Virus record (IMG/VR): IMGVR_UViG_3300037484_000445
Span: 323,863 to 387,862 of that record
Length of the DNA stretch: 64,000 nucleotides
Source: a virus
Taxonomy: Duplodnaviria > Heunggongvirae > Uroviricota > Caudoviricetes
Strand: one strand, 5' to 3'
Part shown: piece after piece, positions 19,040 to 29,162 of the stretch
Position numbering within the stretch: the stretch's first letter is position 1
Layout of the letters: each line of letters begins with the position of its first letter
Translations under genes and position numbers: made by a program
Notes under the pieces: model-generated
Database searches by the model: none
Seen by the model: the letters and a program-made list of their open reading frames with translations, nothing else
What the model was told of the DNA's origin: nothing

Positions 19040-19411
19040 TCAGGCTTTGGTCAAACACTTCTTCACAGCTTCGAGGATCTGGGCTAGTTCAGGGTCCTTC
19101 TGGTCTTCGACGACGCAGGTTACAACCACTGGATCCTCTCGGATGATCAGGACGTTGACCAGGGCCTTAGCGTGCTTCTCAGTCCAACCGTCGGCCGTCC
19201 AAGCATCTAGTGCCGCTTGTTCCTTGTAGACAAAGATCTCTGAAGCGCTCGCCTCTTCTACAACACCTTTGGGCCAAGTACCGAGAATCGCTTGAACAAC
19301 ACGGGCTCTTGACTCATCGGAGGCGTAGTCACTCAAAAAGTCTGTATCAATTCCGCCTATTTGCATGTATCTCCTCCAAACAACGACTACTTGGATCAGA
19401 GCCTCTTTCAA
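19040..19411 (-). CDS. Hypothetical protein (paralog of previous gene)
   Basis: VQAILGTWPKGVVEE...VTCVVED; probable start MQIGG after GGAGGAG. Confidence 0.7.
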   Translation of the reverse strand: MKEALIQVVVVWRRYMQIGGIDTDFLSDYASDESRARVVQAILGTWPKGVVEEASASEIFVYKEQAALDAWTADGWTEKHAKALVNVLIIREDPVVVTCVVEDQKDPELAQILEAVKKCLTKA

Positions 19412-19611
19412 TACACCAAAAGGTCTAGATCACATCGGTCGGTCGCTAGATAGCCGGTCGAGATTTGACGCTACTTGGAAGACATTGCAACCATTCATGT
19501 TTCGTACTTTTCCAAAATCTTGGTTGCCATGGCCCCCAAAGATCCCATACGGTCCCCAACCAGCCCAGCGAAGGGTATAGACACCATTCGTGTCTAGGAA
19601 GGGAAGTCAGT

Positions 19612-20232
19612 ATGGGACTAGCTCATTTGAACATTTGGGTTCGTAACCGAAATTGTGACTTGCTAACCGATATGTGGCGTACCGACTTGGTGATCCAAGC
19701 CTGCACAGGTACGTATTTGGTCGATGTTTGGCCTGAAGTCATAACACAATTGCAGGCCAGATATCCCACCTACACCATTCTGAGTCATTTCTACCAAGGC
19801 GCCCAACGGATCATGTTGATGCCTCCGGCAGGCACCTTCTTCAATCACATCGAGATAGACATCCCTCCGGGCTGCTACAAGGTGTGGACTCGTTGCTGCC
19901 ATGGGCAAAACGAAGAGACGTCATTGCAGCTGATCTCGCCACGGTGCGGTGAGGAAGCTTGTGTGAATCTCTTGCTGCCAACGCTCAAGATCTGTGCCCA
20001 AGCCATCGTTCACCCGCTCATCGATCACATCGTAGTGCAAGGGGCTTTCCCCGCAGTAGCGGATAGGCTCACCATCCTGAAGGGTGTGATGTACGCAGGC
20101 GACATTGGCAGAGCACTTCTCTTGGAGCAGCTGCAATACCGCCTGTCGGAAGCAGTCGCAAAGGGAGACACGGCTTTGCAGGCTCGTGTCAACGCTGTGA
20201 TAGCAATCGCCGATCAACTACCGGCTTGCTAA
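19612..20232 (+). CDS. Cys-rich hypothetical protein
   Basis: 206 aa; purine-rich RBS; lone plus-strand gene with its own hairpin. Confidence 0.7.
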   Translation: MGLAHLNIWVRNRNCDLLTDMWRTDLVIQACTGTYLVDVWPEVITQLQARYPTYTILSHFYQGAQRIMLMPPAGTFFNHIEIDIPPGCYKVWTRCCHGQNEETSLQLISPRCGEEACVNLLLPTLKICAQAIVHPLIDHIVVQGAFPAVADRLTILKGVMYAGDIGRALLLEQLQYRLSEAVAKGDTALQARVNAVIAIADQLPAC

Positions 20233-20245
20233 GACCCACCTGAGT

Positions 20246-20283
20246 AGTGAGTCCCCGGTTCATCTCGGGATCGGGGACTCACT
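20246..20283. terminator. Hairpin between convergent genes
   Basis: AGTGAGTCCCCG / CGGGGACTCACT, 12-bp stem. Confidence 0.7.
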
Positions 20284-21391
20284 CCGGGATATCTTTTGCG
20301 TCAAAATCCATATAGTTGTAGGGTTTTAGGCCCAAAGGGAGGCTTCGGAGTTTAGGCCTTTCCACTCCAAGAGACTTGGGGCTATCTGCTGTGAAATCCA
20401 CGTCTCGAACCAATTGGACAGCCTCTCGTGCGTTTTTGCCAACATCCTCGATCGATCCCAAGCAGACCATACCGGGGATCATGAAAAGGTAGTGCCTTAT
20501 TAGGGCTTCATAGAAGTCTTTGACGCTTCCACCCTCAGGGACTCCAGCCGTGCCGCCGTCATTGACTTCCACGACCGTCCAGGTCCCGTCGGTCTTCTCG
20601 GCCACATCAACAGCGTAGAAATGGCTCTTGACCTTACCTAGGACGCTGGAGAGCACATTGGGTTCGGGAAGAGCCCACCCATCGTAGTTTCTCTCAGGCC
20701 AATACTTCCCCTCGTAGATGACCTTGTCGTTGAGAACGAAGAATCGGTGCTCATTCGCCAGCGGTAGCTCACTCTTCGGATGCTTCCCGATGATCCGAAG
20801 GTCGACATACTCACGGAAGACGAGGCCGCCAACCAGGTCTTCTTGGCGTTCGACGAAGTTGCCTATCACACGGAGAGTATTCTCCCCGTCGGCCACATCT
20901 GGGATGTAGCAAGCGTCCAGCCATTCGTGCTTACGGCTCTTCACGTAGTCCTTGAGGACTACTCCGCCCGTGAAATCCTTTTGAATGCAACTGGTCAGGA
21001 ACTTAACGTCATCCTTTGACGGCCTGTTGTGTACAGTCCAAGTGGATTTTGGGGTCAAACCCTTAAGCTGCCGGTACCAGTTCGGTAAGTAGTAGCAGTT
21101 CAGGTAGCTCTCTTGACCCGTTACGAGCTCGACGTTGCGTTCTGACAGCGCTTTAGCCATCCGCCCATAGTCTGCCTCGGTGAGGATCCACCCACGGTAG
21201 AGGGCCGTAACGATCCCCGTACTAAAGCCCACCACATTGGGAAGCACCAGGCTCACATCATTGGACTCGATGCCAATGAATCCAACCTGAAAGCCTGCCC
21301 TACGTGCCGCTTCGAACTCCTCGGCAAACGAGGGATCGATCTCTCGGGGTTTCGTGGGGTAGCAAGGGAACAAGACGAACGGAGCGGACAT
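20279..21391 (-). CDS. ATP-grasp domain protein (R2K-like)
   Basis: YRGWIL; VLKDYVKSRKHEW; LVFREYV; FYAVDVA...VVEVNDGG; GGTGTA 10 nt upstream. Confidence 0.8.
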   Translation of the reverse strand: MSAPFVLFPCYPTKPREIDPSFAEEFEAARRAGFQVGFIGIESNDVSLVLPNVVGFSTGIVTALYRGWILTEADYGRMAKALSERNVELVTGQESYLNCYYLPNWYRQLKGLTPKSTWTVHNRPSKDDVKFLTSCIQKDFTGGVVLKDYVKSRKHEWLDACYIPDVADGENTLRVIGNFVERQEDLVGGLVFREYVDLRIIGKHPKSELPLANEHRFFVLNDKVIYEGKYWPERNYDGWALPEPNVLSSVLGKVKSHFYAVDVAEKTDGTWTVVEVNDGGTAGVPEGGSVKDFYEALIRHYLFMIPGMVCLGSIEDVGKNAREAVQLVRDVDFTADSPKSLGVERPKLRSLPLGLKPYNYMDFDAKDIPE

Positions 21392-21398
21392 CTGCGAA

Positions 21399-21863
21399 CT
21401 ATACACCAAGAATCCGCTGGTCCAACCACAAGCAGGTTCGACCAGGGTTCCAACCCTGTCGCTTCATGAAATCAACAACTCCACTAGTAGGGCATGCCCA
21501 AGCGTAAACGTAGCTAACTCCTCGCTCTTTAAGCTCTTCCCGGAGTTGGTCGTAAAGCTTCTGGGCTATTCCCTGTCTTCGACATTCCGGAGCAACGGCC
21601 AAGTAAACCAGACAGGTCTGAGTGGCGTTGGGTAGACGATCGAGGTCCCCCACAAGGGCAAAGATGAACCCGACTAGGGATCCATCAAGCTCAGCCAGAA
21701 ACAACATCCCACCCGTTTGAGATACGGCCTCTTGCGTCTCCTCAAGCGTCATGAACTCGACCTGCGAGCTTACTTTGAGCTCCGGGATCGTCAGACCAAA
21801 TCGATGTAGGTCCAAGGCGTCCGCTGCTTCAGCTCTTCGGATCTCTAGGGTCATTGTCAGCAA
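21399..21863 (-). CDS. GNAT N-acetyltransferase
   Basis: LVYLAVAPECRRQGIAQKL. Confidence 0.85.
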   Translation of the reverse strand: MLTMTLEIRRAEAADALDLHRFGLTIPELKVSSQVEFMTLEETQEAVSQTGGMLFLAELDGSLVGFIFALVGDLDRLPNATQTCLVYLAVAPECRRQGIAQKLYDQLREELKERGVSYVYAWACPTSGVVDFMKRQGWNPGRTCLWLDQRILGV

Positions 21864-21904
21864 GAAAGAAATTGAAGTAGATCATCTGGCCAGTCAGTCA
21901 AATA

Positions 21905-22495
21905 CTAAATACTAATCAAATTAGTTTCAAATTGACAGTTGGAATCTTCAACACCTTCACGCACTTGAACCGCTTCTACCTTCACACCCTCTGGCAAACG
22001 GGTCTCTAAAGAATCTCGGAGACGCATCAGGGCCTTCAAACCAAGATCCGGGTGAGTTAGGACCAAAGCATTGGGCTTCAAGACGAGCTCGGCCTTCTCG
22101 TCCCGGCATAGCACCTGCAGGACCGGTCCCCGCCACCGTGCTAGCTCACGCCGCCGCTGGTCGATAAAGAACTCCTGCCTCTTTATCCGCCAAACATCCT
22201 CGGTGACCCGTTGTGCCGCCGGCTTCCAAGGGCCGATCGAATCCCCGTCCATGTCCTTGACCGTGGGCGTAATCTTGAACTGGCTAAATAGCCAATCGAG
22301 ACAGAACTCGCAAAGGCTAAACCGATACGATGTTCGATCGTCCAGCGCCCCACTTCCGTTTCCAGGCGTAGAACTGTAGCCTCCGGAGACTTCTGCATCC
22401 ACGAGGCCCATAGGACCTGATCCTGCCTCGAGGACAAGGGGCATTCCACAGAAATTGCACTTGTGCTCAGGCACCGGACCCACCCTCGTCTTCAA
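21905..22495 (-). CDS. Hypothetical protein with CxxC motifs
   Basis: CNFCG; FSLCEFCLDWLF. Confidence 0.7.
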   Translation of the reverse strand: MKTRVGPVPEHKCNFCGMPLVLEAGSGPMGLVDAEVSGGYSSTPGNGSGALDDRTSYRFSLCEFCLDWLFSQFKITPTVKDMDGDSIGPWKPAAQRVTEDVWRIKRQEFFIDQRRRELARWRGPVLQVLCRDEKAELVLKPNALVLTHPDLGLKALMRLRDSLETRLPEGVKVEAVQVREGVEDSNCQFETNLISI

Positions 22496-23258
22496 TGTGA
22501 TTCATCGGCTTAGGGCAGATTGCGTGATACCGGCGAACAAGTGAGGCTTGATCTATGTCTCGATAGGTCAAGTTCTCTGGTAAATTCCAGCTGTGTCGTT
22601 TTCTATCGGCTATTTCGTGGGCATCGCAAAACTTCGGCATATCACCGAGGGGGATCGCCAGAGTCAATTCACGCGTAGCAGGTTCACCGCAGACACAACA
22701 CTTTTGGAGGTAGTCGGTTACGACTTCTCGAAGCAAGGACTCAGCGGTATCGGGCATGAGGGGTGATACACCAGATATAGCGTCTAAAGCGTCGAAGAAA
22801 GCTTGATCCTCAGCGGCCTGTTGCTTGTACTTGTAACCCATGAAGAAAATAGACGCTGCCGGTTTCTTCATAGGCATAACCCGAACCTTGCCTATGTTGA
22901 ACAGTCCCTCCGTTGAAGGTGGGGGCTTCCAATCGTTATCAAACTTAGGCCAAGGAGGGATGCTTCCAGGCTCGCGTTCCTCTTGGATCACGAAAGCCTG
23001 ATTGTAGGCAACATTCCCCCTCGTCACGGGATCCACGGCTACTAACTCGTCCCCCATGACCTTGTGAAAGCCAGAGGGGCCAGGTTGGATGTAGACCCGA
23101 CGGAACCTCCAACCCCGATCGGTCAAGGCTTTCTTACGAGCCTCATATGCCTCTCGACCGGCTTTGGCCCTTCGAGCATCCTCGGCAAAGTCCTCAGGGG
23201 TCCAATTCTCGACCCCCAGGCGTCTCATTGGAGGGAACGTGACCTTCTCGTCGGTCAT
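22467..23258 (-). CDS. Hypothetical protein
   Basis: 263 aa. Confidence 0.7.
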   Translation of the reverse strand: MTDEKVTFPPMRRLGVENWTPEDFAEDARRAKAGREAYEARKKALTDRGWRFRRVYIQPGPSGFHKVMGDELVAVDPVTRGNVAYNQAFVIQEEREPGSIPPWPKFDNDWKPPPSTEGLFNIGKVRVMPMKKPAASIFFMGYKYKQQAAEDQAFFDALDAISGVSPLMPDTAESLLREVVTDYLQKCCVCGEPATRELTLAIPLGDMPKFCDAHEIADRKRHSWNLPENLTYRDIDQASLVRRYHAICPKPMNHIEDEGGSGA

Positions 23259-24085
23259 GGAATATCCTTCACAACATCAACCCCAAGCAGGTCAACGATC
23301 TGCTCTAGAGTGAGGTCACATTGTTCGTCGACCCAATCCCCAACGAAGTACAGTTTGCGGCTCCCTTCCATCAACCCAAAGAGGATGGGGTCCTTGCGAG
23401 CAGCTACCTCGGCTTGTGTCTCCGCCCAAGACTTCTTATCCGGATCGTAGTGAAGGACCACGTAGTTGTCGAAGATGCCGAGATTGTCCATGCAAGCTTT
23501 CTTCTCGGCTACGGGAAGCGGGATCATGCGAGTAAAGTTGCGGATCCAGTCCAAGCGGAGGCCCTTAGGGGAAGCCTTGATGAACCGCACTAAGTCCTCT
23601 TCCGTGAGGTATTTTCGACTGCCGATAGATACCAACTGACTCTCGTTACGGCACGTCTCGATGCCTTTCTTCAGCTTCTCGAGGAGCGCCGTCTGACCAC
23701 AATTCTTGGCTTGCACCAAAGCCACTTCATAACCAGCGGCACGCCCTCGAACCACATCGAGCTCTTGAGTGGAGTTGCTCACCGAAGTGAAGAACTCCCT
23801 CACGGTCATCGTTGGCACTGGGGGCTTAGTTTTTAGGGCAAAGAACGAACGCCACGCCGTCACGATCATTGACCCCACCCAATCCCAAAAACCTCTTTTC
23901 CTCTTCCCCCAAGGGTTCTTAGAGATGATGAGTTCTCCTTCAGACTCGTCGTGGAGCATGAAAGAGTCTTCCGTGCCAAAGGAGACGTTGACGGCTCTGG
24001 GTTGATCTTCGAGCGCAAACTTGAGCAAGTTCCGGTCGACACGGAAATTCTCGAATACCTTGAGCTTGTTGTCGGGGGTAATCAT
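23255..24085 (-). CDS. Phage hypothetical protein
   Basis: FDNYVVLHYDP...DPILFG...LYFVGDWVDEQCDLTL. Confidence 0.8.
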   Translation of the reverse strand: MITPDNKLKVFENFRVDRNLLKFALEDQPRAVNVSFGTEDSFMLHDESEGELIISKNPWGKRKRGFWDWVGSMIVTAWRSFFALKTKPPVPTMTVREFFTSVSNSTQELDVVRGRAAGYEVALVQAKNCGQTALLEKLKKGIETCRNESQLVSIGSRKYLTEEDLVRFIKASPKGLRLDWIRNFTRMIPLPVAEKKACMDNLGIFDNYVVLHYDPDKKSWAETQAEVAARKDPILFGLMEGSRKLYFVGDWVDEQCDLTLEQIVDLLGVDVVKDIP

Positions 24086-24645
24086 GACTTGTCCCTGTTA
24101 GCTAAGAACTTCTCCCTACGAGCAGGATCGTGTTGAAGGGCATGGATAACAAGTCCAGCGGTAGCTATCAAGGATGTGCCGAGATCGGTTCGATTGGAGA
24201 TTTCTTGGGAAATCTCTTTGGAGGAGTACCCTCTCCCTTTATGGTCCGTGTAGGTGACGGCGTCTTGATCCGGGACCTTTTTCAAGCATTCCAAGAGGAA
24301 CACGATCCTTTTTTCACGGTCAACCATCACGTCGTCGGGTAAGGCCAAGTCAGGAAAGGCCGAGGTCATCTCCTGTAGTATTTGGTCCACACTCAATGGG
24401 GTCTCACTTAGACTCTGCCAGAGTTGAATAGCGTTCCATCTCTGACTGCACGTGTAGCAATAGAGACTTGAGGCTCGATCACCTTGTGCTAGGAAAATTC
24501 GTGCTGAGGGTATGCTCTCTTTACCCGCCTTATGAAAAGGGCACGCAATCGGTTCTTCCACATCTTCTTCAGTTCTTTCCTGTGATTGAAGAGGTACTTG
24601 GAAGTGCTTCAGGACATCACGAACGGATATGGCTTTGGTGGACAT
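24082..24645 (-). CDS. CHC2-type zinc-finger protein (primase ZBD-like)
   Basis: CPFH...YCYTC. Confidence 0.65.
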   Translation of the reverse strand: MSTKAISVRDVLKHFQVPLQSQERTEEDVEEPIACPFHKAGKESIPSARIFLAQGDRASSLYCYTCSQRWNAIQLWQSLSETPLSVDQILQEMTSAFPDLALPDDVMVDREKRIVFLLECLKKVPDQDAVTYTDHKGRGYSSKEISQEISNRTDLGTSLIATAGLVIHALQHDPARREKFLANRDKS

Positions 24646-24654
24646 AAACTCCTT

Positions 24655-25050
24655 CTAACCGACACTCAGGGGTTCAACCTTGATGACCGATCGACCCATG
24701 GCGTGGTAGTAACCCTCTTTTGCTTCACAGCTCTCACAGACGAAGTGCTTTCCAGCGAGAATTTTAGTATGCCTCAAACCCCACAGCTTGATAGCCGTCA
24801 GGGACGTAAGCTTTCGCTTGTAAGTCTTCATGTAAGGGCGGTACTTGCGGCGTGTCTTGACTTTCTTTGGGGGTCCTAGCTCGGCAACAGCTAGCTTCAG
24901 GGCTTCTTCGACGGTAGCCTCCATAGAAATCCTGCTCTCCAGGGCCATGTTACCCCCACAGACACAAAGAATCGGCATGGCTCCTCTATACACCGATCCT
25001 AAGGGTTGGTGTATAGAGGAGCCATGCATTTCTGTGGCAACCCCTTCCAT
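24655..25050 (-). CDS. Zn-ribbon hypothetical protein
   Basis: CVCGG...CESC; start probably MPILC. Confidence 0.6.
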   Translation of the reverse strand: MEGVATEMHGSSIHQPLGSVYRGAMPILCVCGGNMALESRISMEATVEEALKLAVAELGPPKKVKTRRKYRPYMKTYKRKLTSLTAIKLWGLRHTKILAGKHFVCESCEAKEGYYHAMGRSVIKVEPLSVG

Positions 25051-25134
25051 GACATTCCAATGTACTTACTGCTTGGGGTCCCTTTCCTTGGTCGCCTATG
25101 GTTTTGGTTAAAGACTCGTCGCAGCATGCATCGG

Positions 25135-25305
25135 CTATCGACCCATGTAGAGTGCGTAGCCGCCAAAAGCGACACTCGAAGCAAGGCCTAAGGCAAGTGT
25201 CCAAGGGTTGTGCCAAAAGCCCACAACCCCTATGCTGATAAGCCAAAAGCCCACAACCCCTATGCTGATAAGCCAAAACCCCGTGAAAGTCCAAAACGTC
25301 TTCAT
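25135..25305 (-). CDS. Small membrane protein with internal duplication (56 aa, not in ORF track)
   Basis: AGGAG RBS; MKTFWTFT-GFWLISIGVV-GFWLISIGVV-GFWHNPW... Confidence 0.65.
   Translation of the reverse strand: MKTFWTFTGFWLISIGVVGFWLISIGVVGFWHNPWTLALGLASSVAFGGYALYMGR
25212..25271. repeat. 30-bp perfect tandem duplication
   Basis: GCCAAAAGCCCACAACCCCTATGCTGATAA x2. Confidence 0.95.
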
Positions 25306-25628
25306 GTGTCTCCTAGGGCTAACTTTTCTCTAAAGACTCGCTTTAGATTCCAACAATTGGTACAAAGCTCAGGGTAGTCATCGTCACAACCATCGCATTG
25401 GCCCACACGCTGATTACAGCCGGGACATAGGAACGTCCCACAACAACTGCAACGCTGTTCTACTTTCATTTCCGTGAAGAAAGACCACTTCCCTACGGCT
25501 CCTAGCGTTCCCGGCTCGGTAGAGTGCTCCCAATGGAACTTGGCGGCCCGCCCAACAGCGTCCAAGACCTTCACGTAGACATGCCCTGTGGCGGCTAACT
25601 CGGTTACGACCTCAAGGACAGGATCCAT
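25302..25628 (-). CDS. Hypothetical protein, Cys-rich C-terminus
   Basis: ATG 10 nt after GGTGTA. Confidence 0.7.
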   Translation of the reverse strand: MDPVLEVVTELAATGHVYVKVLDAVGRAAKFHWEHSTEPGTLGAVGKWSFFTEMKVEQRCSCCGTFLCPGCNQRVGQCDGCDDDYPELCTNCWNLKRVFREKLALGDT

Positions 25629-25649
25629 CCCAAGAGAATACACCGAACT

Positions 25650-26024
25650 CTACCCTTGGCTACTCAAGGTCAACTTATCCAAGCACTTCTTGTTGATCCA
25701 GCAACTCATAGTCCAAGCGTTGCGATCATCCTCGCCCCGGCACAAGGTGCCAATGAGTCCACCGGTATCTAAGTACATCGTGTATTTATCACGAACAATG
25801 ACCCCAACAAGGTAACCACCAAAGAGACCAGCCGAACAGTATTGCTGACCTTCCACGAGCTCTTCCGTGGCTGGAATCGGTTCAAGAACAGGCTTGCCAT
25901 CAACGACCTTGAACAGTTTGCACCCCAAGTATTCATGAACTGTAAACCCAAGCGTGATATTTTTGGGGGCGTCAGCAGAAAGCACAGTTAGCGGTACGGA
26001 ACAGGGGATCTTGTCTTCCGGCAT
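25650..26024 (-). CDS. Hypothetical protein
   Basis: ATG 9 nt after GGTGTA. Confidence 0.65.
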   Translation of the reverse strand: MPEDKIPCSVPLTVLSADAPKNITLGFTVHEYLGCKLFKVVDGKPVLEPIPATEELVEGQQYCSAGLFGGYLVGVIVRDKYTMYLDTGGLIGTLCRGEDDRNAWTMSCWINKKCLDKLTLSSQG

Positions 26025-26047
26025 AAGATCCCATACACCAGGCTTCA

Positions 26048-26926
26048 CTAGTTGAGTTCGTAATCCTCGGGCCGTTCAGGCCTTAAATACCAACCAACAT
26101 AGGACGCATCTGAACGGCCTTCGACCGTAAAAACGCGATCCTTGGGGATACCCTCCGGATGCCAGGGACTCTCACGAAGAGTCTTTATGCAACGCATTTG
26201 AACCACACGAAAGACGAATTCGCCTCGTTGTTCCGGGGCATCGCTCAGAACGGTAACTAGCCAGCGTCCTCCGTCCTCGTGGTAAACGTGTCGAACTTCT
26301 GTCATGAAAGGGCCTTCCATCTGCAGCGTAGCACTACAGGGCTTGAGGTCGGATCGCTTCAGCACAATACGCAACGTGGGCTCATACTGAGTCCCCGTCG
26401 TGTCCTTCGGGATGAGACACGGTGGCGGTCTTAGGCCATCGAAAAAGTGATTGGCTTGCAAAACACTATAGTCCTCCAGGCGTGGCGTTGAAGTTCTATG
26501 CCCGGTCGATTCATAGCTCTCTATGACAGCAGCCATCGAAAGCTCAAGGGCAGCCCCCTCCGGTACTGGAATGAGACGTATGAAGCTCTCCTCAGCCGAG
26601 GGTCCACTCCGTGTGTACTGGACCCAGTACTCGGCCCCATCGGTTGACCCCTTAAGCCTCAATAAGGCGTTCATGTGGAGCCACATAGGCCCGAAGTACA
26701 CGACCGGGTTGTCTTCCCAAGGAAATCCCTCTGAAGACTGGTGCGGTCCACTATGGCCCGCCGTCAAGGCACACAAAAGACGTATGCACCCTTCCTCGTC
26801 GTCGTAATCTAAAGCACTAGGGCAAGCGGCACCATGCCGGTCTAAGATCCGTTGGCGATGGGCATCCAGTGCCTCTTGGCTTGGAGTCTCAAGCATTTCT
26901 CGATCAAAACGGTCCTTCTCAGTCAT
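26048..26926 (-). CDS. Hypothetical protein
   Basis: Start MTEKD overlaps the upstream stop. Confidence 0.7.
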   Translation of the reverse strand: MTEKDRFDREMLETPSQEALDAHRQRILDRHGAACPSALDYDDEEGCIRLLCALTAGHSGPHQSSEGFPWEDNPVVYFGPMWLHMNALLRLKGSTDGAEYWVQYTRSGPSAEESFIRLIPVPEGAALELSMAAVIESYESTGHRTSTPRLEDYSVLQANHFFDGLRPPPCLIPKDTTGTQYEPTLRIVLKRSDLKPCSATLQMEGPFMTEVRHVYHEDGGRWLVTVLSDAPEQRGEFVFRVVQMRCIKTLRESPWHPEGIPKDRVFTVEGRSDASYVGWYLRPERPEDYELN

Positions 26927-27551
26927 GACCCTTTGCCTCACCAAATGGCTTCATTCGTTGAAGGTCTCTTGGAGTGAAACCCTCCCTCACTCGGGACCTA
27001 TCTAGAAGCGTCAAGAGGCCCTGTAGGACCGGTTTCTGGAACGCTAAGAAGGTTGCCCCACCAACTCCGCCCTCAAGGGCTTCAAGAGCTATTCGCAAGC
27101 TGTGGGCATACCCAAAGGCATCGTCACCCCGAATGAAGACACCAGGCCAGTCGTCACCGAAGGCCATCACGCCCGTCTCAGCACGCGTCGAGGGTTCGGG
27201 AATGAGGTTCAAATAACAGTCTGGGTACGCTATGTAGGCAGTCTCACAGAAACGTGGGAGAGTACACGTCTTGTTCCCAGACTTAGCAAAACTCTTCCGT
27301 CTATCGTAGCAGTTAGGACAGAGTTCCGGGCTTCCAGGCTTACGCTGGCAATCATCACACTCGAAATAGGCACTCGACAAGAAGCGCTTGGGTAGGTATT
27401 CCAGGCAAATCTGGAGGTCCTTTTTGGTGCTAGTTCCCAAAGGCATTAGGGTCACAATATCGCCAACGGCTGTGACCCTGTAGAGCTTTGATCCTTTACA
27501 GAGCCCGAGTCCTATCTTAAGCCAACCGGGAACAGGTACTTTACCAGGCAT
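26919..27551 (-). CDS. Hypothetical protein with Cys motifs
   Basis: ATG 11 nt after GGTGTA. Confidence 0.7.
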   Translation of the reverse strand: MPGKVPVPGWLKIGLGLCKGSKLYRVTAVGDIVTLMPLGTSTKKDLQICLEYLPKRFLSSAYFECDDCQRKPGSPELCPNCYDRRKSFAKSGNKTCTLPRFCETAYIAYPDCYLNLIPEPSTRAETGVMAFGDDWPGVFIRGDDAFGYAHSLRIALEALEGGVGGATFLAFQKPVLQGLLTLLDRSRVREGFTPRDLQRMKPFGEAKGHD

Positions 27552-27576
27552 CCCCGTGTACATACACCGAAATGGC

Positions 27577-27831
27577 CTATGGTGTTAGACTGCCTTCACG
27601 CTTCTCGGCCGCCTTATTGCAGATGGCCGTGACCTTACTACCGTCCCAACTGCACTCGAGGACGGGAAGACCATCGCAAATCTCATGGCAGGCCCTATTG
27701 AACTTATTCTCGCTGGAGATCAGGCTAGTGAAGGCTGCCGTAACAAAGATGCCAAACAAGATAGCCGCTACCCTCCCAGGGCGCTGGGTCACGAAGCACT
27801 TGAGAGCCATCAACCATTTAGGGGTTTTCAT
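27577..27831 (-). CDS. Small membrane protein
   Basis: Hydrophobic helix followed by a Cys-rich tail. Confidence 0.6.
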   Translation of the reverse strand: MKTPKWLMALKCFVTQRPGRVAAILFGIFVTAAFTSLISSENKFNRACHEICDGLPVLECSWDGSKVTAICNKAAEKREGSLTP

Positions 27832-28469
27832 TAAAGGGCCTTTTTCAGCTCACTACGACGTGCCGCTGCCTCTTCAGGAGTCTCGATTGGAGCGTCCTTC
27901 AACACAAGATTGAGTACAGCGACCACGAAGTCGCTGCTACCGCTGCAATAGACCAGTTTGTCCAACAGATTGCGAATGAACGTGAAGATGCCACTGAAGT
28001 CCTCACGGCTCAGGTATTCGGAGATCTCTTGAGAGAACTTCGGATCTAGCTGAGTGCCCGGAGCTTTCACGAGCTCGCTCAATAGGGCTACAATGGGGGA
28101 TGGGGGATCCTCGTACCAAAGTGTTGGATCCCAAATGTCTTTGCCTGCAAGATGTTTCCCCCACTCCTCCTTGGTGGCTAGCCGGAAGTCCCCGTCGAGA
28201 TACGTGTCGGGATCTTCGTGATTGTCGCTTACGAGACGCCCCTTCCAAACGTAAACCCCCGAGGCAACTCCTTCGCAGCAAGGATCTAGGTAGTCGTCCA
28301 TCATTCCGGCGTCGGAGATGTAGCTAAACCCAGGACCAATGTGGTCCAAGACCAATGCTCTCCCTTCGTGAACGACGACCAACGCCATGTCGTCTGGGCA
28401 GGGGCGACGGTACTTAGGGGGAGCGGGGCCGTCGGATTGGAGTGCTTGAAAGATTTGAGGTTCGGACAT
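27831..28469 (-). CDS. Hypothetical protein
   Basis: 212 aa. Confidence 0.7.
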   Translation of the reverse strand: MSEPQIFQALQSDGPAPPKYRRPCPDDMALVVVHEGRALVLDHIGPGFSYISDAGMMDDYLDPCCEGVASGVYVWKGRLVSDNHEDPDTYLDGDFRLATKEEWGKHLAGKDIWDPTLWYEDPPSPIVALLSELVKAPGTQLDPKFSQEISEYLSREDFSGIFTFIRNLLDKLVYCSGSSDFVVAVLNLVLKDAPIETPEEAAARRSELKKAL

Positions 28470-28909
28470 TAGTTCATCTCAACAAATAGGTGTAAGGCTA
28501 GTTTGCTTGAATCTAGGCCCAAATCAGTCAACAATGGCTCAAGAAGGGCAGTCTCTTCTTTTAGCTTGTCTAAGCTATAGGTGTTTATCTTGTTGGTTCC
28601 GGCATCCATCAGATCGGTCCCAAACACAGTGGTGCCCAGACGTGGCCCCCGATAGATATACACACTCAACCGCTTCAAGGCCTCAACTACAGTGATTTTG
28701 GCTTTATCTGCGTAAGCTATTAAGGTAGGCGACGGTTCCCACTTGTGCTTGTTTGTAATAGCCTGACCACAACATGGACAGTAGGGCTGATCTGTGATTG
28801 TGTGCTTACGGTCTTTAGGACAGGTACGTTCCAAAGCACCTTTGACTTGCAGAAGCTCTTCAGGCATCGCAACCCCAAGAATGACTGTACCGTAGGCAGA
28901 TAAACTCAT
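28469..28909 (-). CDS. Hypothetical protein
   Basis: ATG 11 nt after GGTGTA; CPCC motif. Confidence 0.7.
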   Translation of the reverse strand: MSLSAYGTVILGVAMPEELLQVKGALERTCPKDRKHTITDQPYCPCCGQAITNKHKWEPSPTLIAYADKAKITVVEALKRLSVYIYRGPRLGTTVFGTDLMDAGTNKINTYSLDKLKEETALLEPLLTDLGLDSSKLALHLFVEMN

Positions 28910-28931
28910 GGACAGATGTATACACCGGGGT

Positions 28932-29162
28932 ATGCCGACACCCAAGCAAATGGCGGACTGGTGCGTCAATACCTGCCTGACCTTCGGTACCTCCGTTAGT
29001 ACGGCGTACAAGGTGGCTGGGCTCCTCGCTGAAGCCCTCGAGAACGATGGTCTGGAGGTAGATTCGGAAGAGCTCAAACCCCCGCTAGACGTCAGAGGGA
29101 TCCGCAGGGTACAGACCTCGAGTAACCCGAACTTCGGCGAGCCCTCCCCCGAAAAAGGCTGA
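28932..29162 (+). CDS. Hypothetical protein
   Basis: Divergent partner at a near-palindromic GATGTATACACC. Confidence 0.5.
   Translation: MPTPKQMADWCVNTCLTFGTSVSTAYKVAGLLAEALENDGLEVDSEELKPPLDVRGIRRVQTSSNPNFGEPSPEKG

Noticed and set aside
25212-25271. CRISPR-like repeat
   Set aside because: Head-to-tail with no spacer; it is an in-frame coding duplication.
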